DNA of 64,000 nucleotides from Candidatus Parcubacteria bacterium (GTDB lineage: Bacteria > Patescibacteriota > Patescibacteriia > Patescibacteriales > UBA12075), in assembly GCA_002869165.1 (NCBI GenBank), contig PKTK01000003.1, positions 84,195-148,194 on the forward strand. The letters run 5' to 3'. Positions 18,202 through 27,272 of this stretch are shown here, piece after piece. Both the position numbers and the translations under genes were made by a program. Below the pieces are notes generated by a model. That model ran no database searches, had not been told where the DNA came from, and worked only from the letters and a program-made list of their open reading frames with translations. The number at the start of each line of letters is the position of its first letter. Within the stretch, counting starts at the first letter, position 1.

Positions 18202-19296
18202 ATGACGAATAAAAAGTTCCATGATCTTTTTGGCGGTGAACCAAGAAGACCAGAATCAGAGATTACGCAAAAGGAAATGGATATTGCAAAATCTATTCAA
18301 GAGGTTACAGAGGAAATAATGCTCGAGCTTGTAAAAAATATTCATAAAGTAACTGGCGAGAAATATTTGTGTTTGGCTGGGGGTGTGGCATTGAATTGTG
18401 TATCTAATAGGCGACTTTTGGAAGAAGGACCTTTTGAAGATATTTGGATACAGCCAGCATCCGGTGATGCGGGAGGAGCCTTGGGAGCTGCTTTGGTTGG
18501 TCACTATTTATATGCAGAGGGAGATAGACCAGAACTAAGAAATAAAAAGGACAGACAAAAGGGCTCTTATTTAGGCCCAGAGTTTAGTGCTAAGGAAATT
18601 AAAAAAGTTCTTGATAAGAATAAGGCCAAATATAGAAAAATTGAGAGTGATGTCGAGCTTTATTCACAAGTTGCAGATTTTCTAGCAGGTGAAAAAGTTG
18701 TTGGCTGGTTCCAGGGTCGTATGGAATATGGGCCAAGGGCGCTTGGAAATAGGTCAATCATTGGAGATGCTAGATCTGCAAAGATGCAGAAACAGATGAA
18801 TTTGAAAATAAAGTTTCGTGAAGGTTTTAGACCTTTTGCACCGTCAGTTCTTGAAGAGCAGGTCGCTAAGATATTTAAAACTGAACATGATTCGCCCTAT
18901 ATGCTTTTAACCTCTGAGGTTAGAGATGAGATAAAAAAACCCCTTGACCAAGAACTAAAAGGACTTGATAAGCTTAATCATGTTAGATCAAGTGTACCAG
19001 CGATTACTCATGTGGATTATTCAGCTAGACTTCAAACAGTTTCAAGTGATGGGGGCAATAAACGATATCATGATTTGATAAGTAAATTTTTTGAAAAAAC
19101 CGGCAGCCCTGTTATAATAAATACATCTTTTAATGTGCGTGGTGAGCCGATTGTTTGTAGTCCAGAGGATGCATATCTTTGTTTTATGAGAACTGATATG
19201 GATTATTTGGTGATGGGAAATTTTGTTTTAAATAAAATTGATCAGCCAAAACTAGAAAATGATGAGGACTGGCGAAGTAAATACGTACTTGATTAA
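18202..19296 (+). CDS. carbamoyltransferase, C-terminal part (same frame as 17479-18183)
   Basis: The frame continues YPAGLRMTNKKFHDLFGGEPRRPE.., then LAGGVALNCV, GPRALGNRSI and INTSFNVRGEPIV, which are family motifs. The combined length of about 600 aa equals a normal enzyme. Confidence 0.85.
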   Translation: MTNKKFHDLFGGEPRRPESEITQKEMDIAKSIQEVTEEIMLELVKNIHKVTGEKYLCLAGGVALNCVSNRRLLEEGPFEDIWIQPASGDAGGALGAALVGHYLYAEGDRPELRNKKDRQKGSYLGPEFSAKEIKKVLDKNKAKYRKIESDVELYSQVADFLAGEKVVGWFQGRMEYGPRALGNRSIIGDARSAKMQKQMNLKIKFREGFRPFAPSVLEEQVAKIFKTEHDSPYMLLTSEVRDEIKKPLDQELKGLDKLNHVRSSVPAITHVDYSARLQTVSSDGGNKRYHDLISKFFEKTGSPVIINTSFNVRGEPIVCSPEDAYLCFMRTDMDYLVMGNFVLNKIDQPKLENDEDWRSKYVLD

Positions 19297-19297
19297 T

Positions 19298-20509
19298 ATG
19301 AAAAATTTTTTAAAAAATTCAATTTTAGTTTTGGTAAGTATTATTTTTTCTTTGGTTTTAGCTGAGCTTGTGATTAGGTGGATGGAGCCTGAAAAAACTG
19401 TCGGAAATGATATTTTGGCATATATTGGAACGCCCGGAGGAGATATTGACGAAAGAGGTTTTCGAAACAATGAAGCCTTGGAACAAGCAAGTATCGTAGT
19501 GATAGGTGACTCGCAAACATATGGTAACAACGCCAGTCTGGAAGAGGCCTGGCCACAGGTCTATGCTGGTTTAGTGGAGGAAAAGATGTATCAAATGGCA
19601 TACGGTGGATATGGACCGATTCAATATCGATATCTTTTTGATAAAGCGCAAGAACTTGAGCCTAAAAAAATAATAGTTGCTATGTATTTGGGTAATGATT
19701 TTTATGATGCTTACAACATGGCTTGTAATAAAGATTATTGGAAAAACTATTGCGGAGTAGGTGAATTGGAAAACAATGTAAGCCAGGAATCAAAAAATGT
19801 AAGAATGATGATTTTGTATGGGTATGATGATGATTCTATTCAAATGAAGATTTTAAAATTAAGACAATTGATAAGAAAACATAGCAGACTGTATGGACTT
19901 CTTGGTAATGCCTCAAGGTCACTGAGGGAGAAACTTGGTTTAGCTCAGAAAAAAGAAGAAGTAGCTAACAGAGTCAATGACTGGGCAGAAAACAATGATG
20001 AAGCAATTCTTTTTAAATATAATGACAGCTCTACAATTTTGAGTCCTGAGTATAGACTTGGTGCAGTCAGTCTTGATGATCCAAAAACAGCAGAAGGTTT
20101 TGAAGTGTTCAAAAAGACCTTTGCTGAAATGAATGATTTAGCAACTGAAAAAAATATAGAATTTGAAGTGGTGATAATACCAACCAAAGAGATTATATAT
20201 TATAATTATTCCAAGCAGACTGAAGGCACTGACTTGAGTGGGTTAGATGCATATATCTTAAAAGAGGAGGAATTGCTTAGAAATGTGGAAGGATTTTTTG
20301 ATGAAGATGGCATAGAATATCATTTGGTATTAAGTGATATGGTAAAAGCCCTTGAAGATGGAGGGGTTTTGTATAACAAAGGGATAGATGGTCATCCGAA
20401 TTCTGCAGGGTATGAAGTAATTGCCCAAAGTGTATATAATTTTGAGCAAACCAAAAATATTGAAACGGAAACAGCTACAACTAGTTTAGAAAAAATATTA
20501 GAAGAATAA
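19298..20509 (+). CDS. SGNH/GDSL-family hydrolase or acyl-esterase with N-terminal membrane anchor
   Basis: An N-terminal TM helix is followed by VVIGDSQTYG (GDS block I) and a C-terminal DGHPNSAGY (DxxH block V). The ATG at 19298 lies right after the upstream stop. Confidence 0.7.
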   Translation: MKNFLKNSILVLVSIIFSLVLAELVIRWMEPEKTVGNDILAYIGTPGGDIDERGFRNNEALEQASIVVIGDSQTYGNNASLEEAWPQVYAGLVEEKMYQMAYGGYGPIQYRYLFDKAQELEPKKIIVAMYLGNDFYDAYNMACNKDYWKNYCGVGELENNVSQESKNVRMMILYGYDDDSIQMKILKLRQLIRKHSRLYGLLGNASRSLREKLGLAQKKEEVANRVNDWAENNDEAILFKYNDSSTILSPEYRLGAVSLDDPKTAEGFEVFKKTFAEMNDLATEKNIEFEVVIIPTKEIIYYNYSKQTEGTDLSGLDAYILKEEELLRNVEGFFDEDGIEYHLVLSDMVKALEDGGVLYNKGIDGHPNSAGYEVIAQSVYNFEQTKNIETETATTSLEKILEE

Positions 20510-20513
20510 AAAA

Positions 20514-20930
20514 ATGAGTGAAATAATAAAAAAAATTAAAGCATTAGATTGTAAGAGCAAAGAATTTGTAAGTTTTTCAGTTTTGTTTATAGTAATTGTT
20601 ATATCAATAGTTCTTTTTTTTGATTTTAGTTTAAAAACGGAAAGAATTCTATTGATTCTTGGTATTTATTTTGCGCTTGGTATAGTTATACCAGTATTAA
20701 CAAAATATCTTTTTTATTTATGGATGTTTATTTCCTTTTCGTTAAGTAAAATAATGTTTACTTTGCTTTTTTCTGTCTTTTATTGCATACTTATAATACC
20801 AATCGGAGTTTTAAAAAAAATTAGCAAAGGTGACTTTTTGGAAAAAGGCTACAACAAAGAACTGAAAAGTTATTGGAAGGATTTCGATGCTAATAGAATA
20901 AATAAAGAATCATTGGAAAAATTATATTAA
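20514..20930 (+). CDS. SxtJ-family small membrane protein
   Basis: The 138-aa protein has 3-4 TM helices and a C-terminal ..LKKISKGDFLEKGYNKELKSYWKD.. segment that resembles the SxtJ pattern. It is adjacent to a carbamoyltransferase and a DUF5989-like gene. Confidence 0.6.
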   Translation: MSEIIKKIKALDCKSKEFVSFSVLFIVIVISIVLFFDFSLKTERILLILGIYFALGIVIPVLTKYLFYLWMFISFSLSKIMFTLLFSVFYCILIIPIGVLKKISKGDFLEKGYNKELKSYWKDFDANRINKESLEKLY

Positions 20931-20941
20931 ATTTATAAAAT

Positions 20942-21100
20942 ATGGGAAAATTAAAAATTTTAGTACAATTTTTTGAGTTTTTGAAAGTTAGGAAAAAATA
21001 TTGGCTTTTGCCAGTTGTTTTGGTTTTTGCTACGATTGGCTTATTACTGGTAGTTTCAGAAGGAAGCGTAGTAGCTCCATTTATATATACTTTGTTTTAG
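20942..21100 (+). CDS. DUF5989 / SxtK-like small membrane protein (52 aa, below the ORF-track cutoff)
   Basis: I translated this by hand as MGKLKILVQFFEFLKVRKKYWLLPVVLVFATIGLLLVVSEGSVVAPFIYTLF*. The pattern ..FLKVRKK.WL.P.. and the C-terminal APFIYTLF are the hallmarks of this family as I recall it. Confidence 0.7.
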   Translation: MGKLKILVQFFEFLKVRKKYWLLPVVLVFATIGLLLVVSEGSVVAPFIYTLF

Positions 21101-21113
21101 GATAGAAAATTAC

Positions 21114-22133
21114 ATGAAAAACATATTAGTTACAGGTGGACTTGGCTATATTGGATCACACACAGTGCTTGAGCTTATTGCTAGAGGATATGAAGTTTTT
21201 GTGATTGATAATTTATCAAACTCACATATTGATACATTAGACAGAATTGAGAAGATTAGCGGTAAGCGTCCTGCTTTTTTTGAGTTTGATTTGTGTGACA
21301 AGGACAGGGTTGATAAGTTCTTTAGCCAAAATCAAATTGACTCTGTGATTCATTTTGCAGCTTCCAAGGCAGTGGGTGAGTCAATGCAAGTTCCGCTCAA
21401 GTATTATCGCAACAATTTATTGCCACTAATGAATATCTTGGAGGCAATGATAGCTTATAATGTCGATAGGATTGTGTTTTCATCCTCCTGTACTGTGTAT
21501 GGTCAGCCTGACAAGTTGCCAGTTGATGAGAAGGCTCCAGTTCAGAAAGCAGAATCACCCTATGGCAATACAAAGCAAATTAGCGAAGAGATGATAGCAG
21601 ACACTGTTAGAGCCAGCGAAAGCATGAAAGCAATTTCGCTTAGATATTTCAATCCAATTGGTGCTCATGAGTCAGCCTTGATTGGGGAGCTACCAATCGG
21701 TACACCGAATTGTTTGGTTCCGTATGTTACTCAAACTGCCATTGGTGTTCGTGAGCAACTAACAATTCATGGAGATGATTATGACACGCCAGACGGAACA
21801 TGTATTAGAGATTATTTGCATATTGTAGATTTGGCTGAAGCACACATCAATGCTATAGAGTATATGCATGATGGTGGGAATAAAGACAGAATTGGATATT
21901 TTAATCTAGGTACTGGCCGAGGCTATTCGGTTCAAGAAGTAGTTGATGAGTTTGAGAAAGTGACTGAGCAAAAACTTAATTATAAGATAGGGCCAAGGCG
22001 TGAAGGTGATGTAGAAGAAGTCTATGCCGATCCAAGTTTGGCTGAGAAGGAATTAAAATGGAAAGCAAAGAGGGGGCTGGGAGAAATGCTGAAATCAGCC
22101 TGGGAATGGGAAAAAAATTATAGAAAAAACTAA
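21114..22133 (+). CDS. galE: UDP-glucose 4-epimerase
   Basis: It has ILVTGGLGYIGSH (Rossmann fold), SSSCTVYG, the YGNTK catalytic Y-x3-K, and DGTCIRDYLHIVDLA. The length is 339 aa. Confidence 0.92.
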   Translation: MKNILVTGGLGYIGSHTVLELIARGYEVFVIDNLSNSHIDTLDRIEKISGKRPAFFEFDLCDKDRVDKFFSQNQIDSVIHFAASKAVGESMQVPLKYYRNNLLPLMNILEAMIAYNVDRIVFSSSCTVYGQPDKLPVDEKAPVQKAESPYGNTKQISEEMIADTVRASESMKAISLRYFNPIGAHESALIGELPIGTPNCLVPYVTQTAIGVREQLTIHGDDYDTPDGTCIRDYLHIVDLAEAHINAIEYMHDGGNKDRIGYFNLGTGRGYSVQEVVDEFEKVTEQKLNYKIGPRREGDVEEVYADPSLAEKELKWKAKRGLGEMLKSAWEWEKNYRKN

Positions 22134-22167
22134 ATACCTATTTAAATAGGTATTTAAATAGGTATTT
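22132..22167. repeat. three abutting copies of a 12-mer (one inverted, two direct) filling the galE-to-next-gene spacer
   Basis: AAATACCTATTT (22132-22143) is the reverse complement of AAATAGGTATTT. That 12-mer follows twice in tandem (22144-22155 and 22156-22167) and ends exactly at the ATG at 22168. Confidence 0.8.
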
Positions 22168-23208
22168 ATGAAAATTTGCTATTTTGGTGACTATGATTCA
22201 AATTACTCCAGAAATAAGATAATTATTCAGGGCTTAAGGGAGAATGGTTTTAGTGTGGAGGAAGTCAAAATAAACAAAAGTAAATCCAGTGTAAACTTTG
22301 TAAAGGAGTTGTTTAAATTATCAAAAGAAATAAAACAAAAATATGATGTCTGCATCGTAGGATATTCTGATAATCGCTTGATTGTACCCTTATTAAAATT
22401 ATTTGGAGTAAAAAAAATATATTGGGACGCATTTTACTCAATTTTTGATAGCTGGGTCTATGATCGGGAATTGGTGGGTAGATTCAGTATTAAGTATTTT
22501 TATTATTGGTTTATAGAGTTTTTAAATTGTCAGCTTTCATTTAGAATAATACTTGATACAGAAGAGCATATTAAATTTTTTGTAAATACATTCATAATTA
22601 AACGCAAGAAATTTATCAAGGTGTATGTTGGGTCATTTGCAAGAAAACTGGAAAACAGTAAGCAGAATGAAAATAATTTTTCAGTTTTTTTCTACGGAAA
22701 ATATATTCCATTGCAAGGTGTAGAATATATAATCAAATCCGCAAAGATTGTTGAAAGAGATGATATAGTTTTTAGATTAGTTGGTAAAGGGCAAACTTAT
22801 AACAATGCAAGAAAGCTGGCAAAAGACTTGCAAGTAAGAAGTATAGAATTTATTGACAGGGTTTCATTTGAAGAACTAGAAAAGTATACAAGTGAAGCAG
22901 ATGTGTGTCTGGGAATATTTGGTAAAACCGCCAAAGCAAAAAGAGTTATCCCAAATAAAGTTTACGACGCTATCGCAATGGCTAAACCAGTAATCAGCGG
23001 AAATACTCCGGCCCTGAATGAATTATTTGAAGACAAGAAAAATATTTTAATGTGTGACATTGCAGATGAGAAAGATCTGGCAAAGAAAATATTAGAACTA
23101 AAAAATGATGAATCATTGAGAGAAAAAATAGCCAGAGGTGCAGATGAAATATATAAAAATAAACTATTGCCAAAAATTGTTGTTGATGATTTGGTAAAAG
23201 AATTATAA
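22168..23208 (+). CDS. glycosyltransferase (GT-B, Glycos_transf_1-like C-terminal domain)
   Basis: The C-terminal segment ADVCLGIFGKTAKAKRVIPNKVYDAIAMAKPVISGNTPALNELF is typical of group-1 glycosyltransferases. Confidence 0.65.
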   Translation: MKICYFGDYDSNYSRNKIIIQGLRENGFSVEEVKINKSKSSVNFVKELFKLSKEIKQKYDVCIVGYSDNRLIVPLLKLFGVKKIYWDAFYSIFDSWVYDRELVGRFSIKYFYYWFIEFLNCQLSFRIILDTEEHIKFFVNTFIIKRKKFIKVYVGSFARKLENSKQNENNFSVFFYGKYIPLQGVEYIIKSAKIVERDDIVFRLVGKGQTYNNARKLAKDLQVRSIEFIDRVSFEELEKYTSEADVCLGIFGKTAKAKRVIPNKVYDAIAMAKPVISGNTPALNELFEDKKNILMCDIADEKDLAKKILELKNDESLREKIARGADEIYKNKLLPKIVVDDLVKEL

Positions 23209-23210
23209 TT

Positions 23211-23855
23211 ATGTCATATATAGATTTTTATAATAAAAAAACATATAATAAGGTCGGTGGGTTTAGAAAGAAGGCGATATTAGGTTTTATATCCAAGAAT
23301 AGAACAGTGGTTTTAGATATTGGCTGCAGTGATGGGGAGTTAGGTGAGATAATTAAAGTAGAAAAAGAGTGTAGAGTATGGGGTGTAGATATTTCCCATG
23401 AGTCTATTGAGCAAGCAAGTAAAAAAATAGACAAGACTTTTGTTGTTGACATTGATATGGAGCTGGCCAAATGGCCAGGAGAAATAGTTGCGCAAAAATT
23501 CGACTATATAATTCTTTCAGAAGTTCTGGAACACATGTTGCATCCTGAAGAAGTGTTGAGAAAAGCAAAAGAATTATTAAATAGTGATGGAAAAATTATA
23601 ATCACTGTCCCAAATATTCTTTTTTGGAAGAATAGATTGAGAATATTTTTTGGAAATTTTGACTATGAAGATAAAGGATTGATGGACAGAGGTCATATAC
23701 ACTTTTTTTCTTGGAAAAGTTTTTGTAAAACCATAGAAGGTTCTGGTTTAAAGATAATTAATACAAATAATCATATACCAACAAGAGGCACGAAAAAACT
23801 AGGAAAGCAATTCCCTGGATTGTTTTCGTATCAGTTTGTGGTTGAGGTTAATTGA
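23211..23855 (+). CDS. class I SAM-dependent methyltransferase
   Basis: It has VLDIGCSDGELG, FDYIILSEVLEHMLHP and DGKIIITVPN. Confidence 0.8.
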   Translation: MSYIDFYNKKTYNKVGGFRKKAILGFISKNRTVVLDIGCSDGELGEIIKVEKECRVWGVDISHESIEQASKKIDKTFVVDIDMELAKWPGEIVAQKFDYIILSEVLEHMLHPEEVLRKAKELLNSDGKIIITVPNILFWKNRLRIFFGNFDYEDKGLMDRGHIHFFSWKSFCKTIEGSGLKIINTNNHIPTRGTKKLGKQFPGLFSYQFVVEVN

Positions 23856-23919
23856 GGATGTAGAAAAATATTTAAAATAACAAGTAAAAGCATTTAATAA
23901 AATGATTTGTTTAAAATAA

Positions 23920-25272
23920 ATGAAAAGTGATAAAAAAATCGTAATAATTGGTGGAGGACCTACAGGAATAGGGGCAGCTTACAGATTAAATAGTATTGGC
24001 TATAAGAACTGGTGTTTATACGAAAAAGAGAATCAATATGGAGGATTGTCTGCAACCATAGAGGATGAGTATGGTTTTCTGTGGGATTTTGGTGGGCATG
24101 TTTCTTTCTCTCACTATGATTATTACGACAAGTATGTTGAGGAAGTATTGAAAGATGATGTATATAAGCATGACAGAGAAAGTTGGGTGCGTTATATTGA
24201 CGCCTGGGTGCCATATCCTTTTCAAAATAATCTCAGATATTTAAACAAAGAAGATCAATTGAAGTGTATAAATGGTTTATTAGATCTAGAAAAAAGTAAT
24301 TGTGAAAGCTTTGAGGATTGGATATATGGTGTTTTTGGTGAAGGAATTGCTGAAAAATTTATGATACCTTATAATTTTAAAGTTTGGGCAACTCCGGCGA
24401 ATTTGATGAGTGATAATTGGATAAAAGAAAGAGTGAGCGTAATAGATATAAAAAGAGCCATTAAAAATATTATTTTAGAAACAGACGATTTAGGATGGGG
24501 ACCTAATAATAAATTTTCATTTCCAAAATATGGAGGGACGGGTGAGATATTTAATAAGGGGATGAAAAGAATTGGTAAAAATCAGCATAAAAACAAAACA
24601 CTAAAAAGAATTGAAGTTAATAAAAAATTAGTTTATTTTAGTGATGGGTCAAGTGACAACTATAATAAGCTCATTTCAACAATACCACTTGATAGTTTAG
24701 TAAAGATGATTGATGATGTGCCTAAAAAGATACTAGAGAAGTCTGAGGAATTGGTGCATAATTCAGTTTATGTTATAGGTATTGGAATTAAAAAAAAGAT
24801 CGAGACAAGCAAATGCTGGGTTTATTTTCCAGAAAAGGACACACCTTTTTATAGATTAACTTTTTTCCATAATTACTCGAATAACAATGTCCCTGGTGGT
24901 GATACTGAACAGTACTCTTCATTAATGCTTGAAGTGTCGTATTCTGAGTATAAACAGGTTGATAAAAGCAAAGTAATAGACGATTGCATAGAGGCATTAG
25001 CAAGAAATAAGATAATAGGAGAGAGTGATAAAGATAAGATTGTCTCTAGACAAATATATGATTTGCCATATGCATATCCAGTGCCGACTTTAAAGCGTGA
25101 AGGTGCTTTAGGTAAAATTCAGAAATATTTAATGGACAATGATATATATTCAAGAGGAAGGTTTGGGGGATGGAAGTATGAGGTTGGCAACATGGATCAT
25201 TCTTTTATGCAGGGAGTTGAGTCAGTTGAGAGAATTTTAAAAAATAAAGATGAAAGTATTTATAATTATTAA
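23920..25272 (+). CDS. FAD-dependent enzyme, UDP-galactopyranose mutase-like (long, eukaryote-like type)
   Basis: It has the N-terminal dinucleotide fold IVIIGGGPTGIGAAYRL. The C-terminal GRFGGWKYEVGNMDHSFMQGVE closely resembles the C-terminus of the long UGM family as I remember it. It lies in a sugar-nucleotide context near galE. Confidence 0.55.
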   Translation: MKSDKKIVIIGGGPTGIGAAYRLNSIGYKNWCLYEKENQYGGLSATIEDEYGFLWDFGGHVSFSHYDYYDKYVEEVLKDDVYKHDRESWVRYIDAWVPYPFQNNLRYLNKEDQLKCINGLLDLEKSNCESFEDWIYGVFGEGIAEKFMIPYNFKVWATPANLMSDNWIKERVSVIDIKRAIKNIILETDDLGWGPNNKFSFPKYGGTGEIFNKGMKRIGKNQHKNKTLKRIEVNKKLVYFSDGSSDNYNKLISTIPLDSLVKMIDDVPKKILEKSEELVHNSVYVIGIGIKKKIETSKCWVYFPEKDTPFYRLTFFHNYSNNNVPGGDTEQYSSLMLEVSYSEYKQVDKSKVIDDCIEALARNKIIGESDKDKIVSRQIYDLPYAYPVPTLKREGALGKIQKYLMDNDIYSRGRFGGWKYEVGNMDHSFMQGVESVERILKNKDESIYNY

Positions 25273-25275
25273 TAT

Positions 25276-26361
25276 ATGAAAATAAACTTCATAACTGTTA
25301 GCAATCATTTAACAGGAGGCAATAGAGTTATCATGGAGCTTGTAAATGGTTTAGCGCGAAAAGGACACGAGCTAAACATAGTAACATTGGGAAATAAAGA
25401 TGATTTAAATTGGATAAATATTGAGGCAAATATTATAGAGGTGAAGAGAAATTTTTTTCAGAAAATTGTCGGATATGGATACAGAAAGGCTTTTGGCTTT
25501 CAGTCATGGCCAGAGGAGCAAACCAGAATGTTAATAAAAAATATGCCCGAAGCCGATGTAAGTATTGCGACTATGTCATATACAGGATTTTCTGTTGCAA
25601 GACAAAACAAATCTCTGCCTTTTCAACTTCATATGCATTATGAGCCATATGTAAGAGGTGAGGGCTATACTCACAAAGTAATGAAAGAATGCTATCATTT
25701 ACCAGTTAACATTATTGCAAATAGTACATGGGTAAAAAATACTATAAAAAAAGAAAATAATAAGGAGTGTGTAGGGGTTGTTTGTCCTGCTATAGACCAT
25801 AATGTTTTTTATAAAAGGAAAGAATTTAAACCAATTAATAAAAATAATGTTAAAATTGTTTCACTGTCTAAACATAAAATTTGGAAAGGTATACCCGAGG
25901 CATTAAAAACTATTAAAATTTTAAGAGATAGGGGTTATAATATAGAATTTAAAACATTTGGTGGCGACTTTCCTAGCGATAAATTAAGTAATGAATTAAA
26001 AGATGTTATTTATAGTTATGAGGGAAGAAAAGAGAATGATGAGTTGGCAAAATTTTATTCTGAAGCAGATATTTTAATATCTTCATCATATTATGAGAGT
26101 TTTCCTTTGCCACAGTTAGAGGCTATGGCATGTGGCACCCCTGTGGTAACTACTAAATATGGCACAGAAGATTATGCGTACAATAACGAAAATTGTTATG
26201 TGGTTGAACCAAAAAATCCTGAAATGATGGCAATGGCTATTGAAAAGTTAATAAACTCTCCAGAGATATATAAAAAGTTTAGCGAAAGAGGAGTTGAGAC
26301 GGCAAAAAAATTTACATGGGATAAATCAGTAGATTTATTAGAGAGTATTTTATTAAAGTAA
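25276..26361 (+). CDS. glycosyltransferase family 4
   Basis: It has the motif YYESFPLPQLEAMACGTPVVTTKYGTEDY (EX7E region) and is 361 aa long. Confidence 0.85.
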   Translation: MKINFITVSNHLTGGNRVIMELVNGLARKGHELNIVTLGNKDDLNWINIEANIIEVKRNFFQKIVGYGYRKAFGFQSWPEEQTRMLIKNMPEADVSIATMSYTGFSVARQNKSLPFQLHMHYEPYVRGEGYTHKVMKECYHLPVNIIANSTWVKNTIKKENNKECVGVVCPAIDHNVFYKRKEFKPINKNNVKIVSLSKHKIWKGIPEALKTIKILRDRGYNIEFKTFGGDFPSDKLSNELKDVIYSYEGRKENDELAKFYSEADILISSSYYESFPLPQLEAMACGTPVVTTKYGTEDYAYNNENCYVVEPKNPEMMAMAIEKLINSPEIYKKFSERGVETAKKFTWDKSVDLLESILLK

Positions 26362-26368
26362 TTAAAAA

Positions 26369-27253
26369 ATGAAAAAATTGATTAGTGTAATAATGCCAAC
26401 ATATAATCGATCAGATTTGGTAGGGGTGTCTATTAAGTCTGTTTTAAGTCAAACTTATCGTGATTTTGAATTGATTGTTGTTGATGATGGGATTGAAGAG
26501 CGAGCAGAAAAAGTTGTGAAGTCATTCAATGATGATAGGATTAGATATATTCAACATGAGAAAAGCAAAGGAGGGGGAGCTGCTCGAAATACTGGTATAA
26601 AAAATGCCAAGGGAGAATTCGTGGCATTTTTGGATGACGATGATGAATGGGCACAAAATAAATTAGAGATACAAGTGAGGCAGTTTGAAAAAACAGATGA
26701 TAGTATTGGTTTTAGTTTTACAGCTGTTGAGAATATTACTGACACAGGTAGTTTTTGTACAAATGTTCCTGATGGTGTTCAAGATTTTCATGAAAGAGCT
26801 CTTAAGCGTTTTTCTGGGTTTTTGACAGTTACATTGATGATCAAAAAACAAGTTTTTGAAGAAGTTGGTGTCTTTGATGAGATATTCCCCAGTAATCAAG
26901 AGCCAGATTTAATGATAAGGGTAACGAAGGAGTATAAGGGTTTGGGTATAAACAAACCTCTTAGCTTTGTTAACATGAAAGAACATGAACATATAAATAG
27001 TAATTGGGATAATAGAATTAATGGAAGAAAGATGATATTTGAGAAATATCAGGATGATTTTAATAAATATCCAAAATATTTAGCGAAACATTATTTTGAT
27101 CTTGCTTTAATGTGTAGAGATGTTAAGTATTTCAAAGAAGCAAAAAAATATTTTGTTAAAGCAATAAAAATTAATTTTAAATTATTATATATAGCGCATT
27201 ATTTTAATGTATTAGTGAAGAGTTTCTTGCTTTTTGGTGATACGAAGAATTAG
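26369..27253 (+). CDS. glycosyltransferase family 2
   Basis: It has ISVIMPTYNRSDLV, ELIVVDDG and AFLDDDDEW (DXD). Confidence 0.85.
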   Translation: MKKLISVIMPTYNRSDLVGVSIKSVLSQTYRDFELIVVDDGIEERAEKVVKSFNDDRIRYIQHEKSKGGGAARNTGIKNAKGEFVAFLDDDDEWAQNKLEIQVRQFEKTDDSIGFSFTAVENITDTGSFCTNVPDGVQDFHERALKRFSGFLTVTLMIKKQVFEEVGVFDEIFPSNQEPDLMIRVTKEYKGLGINKPLSFVNMKEHEHINSNWDNRINGRKMIFEKYQDDFNKYPKYLAKHYFDLALMCRDVKYFKEAKKYFVKAIKINFKLLYIAHYFNVLVKSFLLFGDTKN

Positions 27254-27272
27254 TTAATTTTTTAAATAATTT

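Noticed and set aside
4006-23855. Possible UGA recoding (genetic code 4 or 25), as seen in some candidate phyla.
   Set aside because: TGA terminates several normal-length genes, often in ATGA start/stop overlaps (4006-4008, 10959-10961, 12822-12824, 17480-17482, 23853-23855). I saw no conserved gene with an internal TGA.
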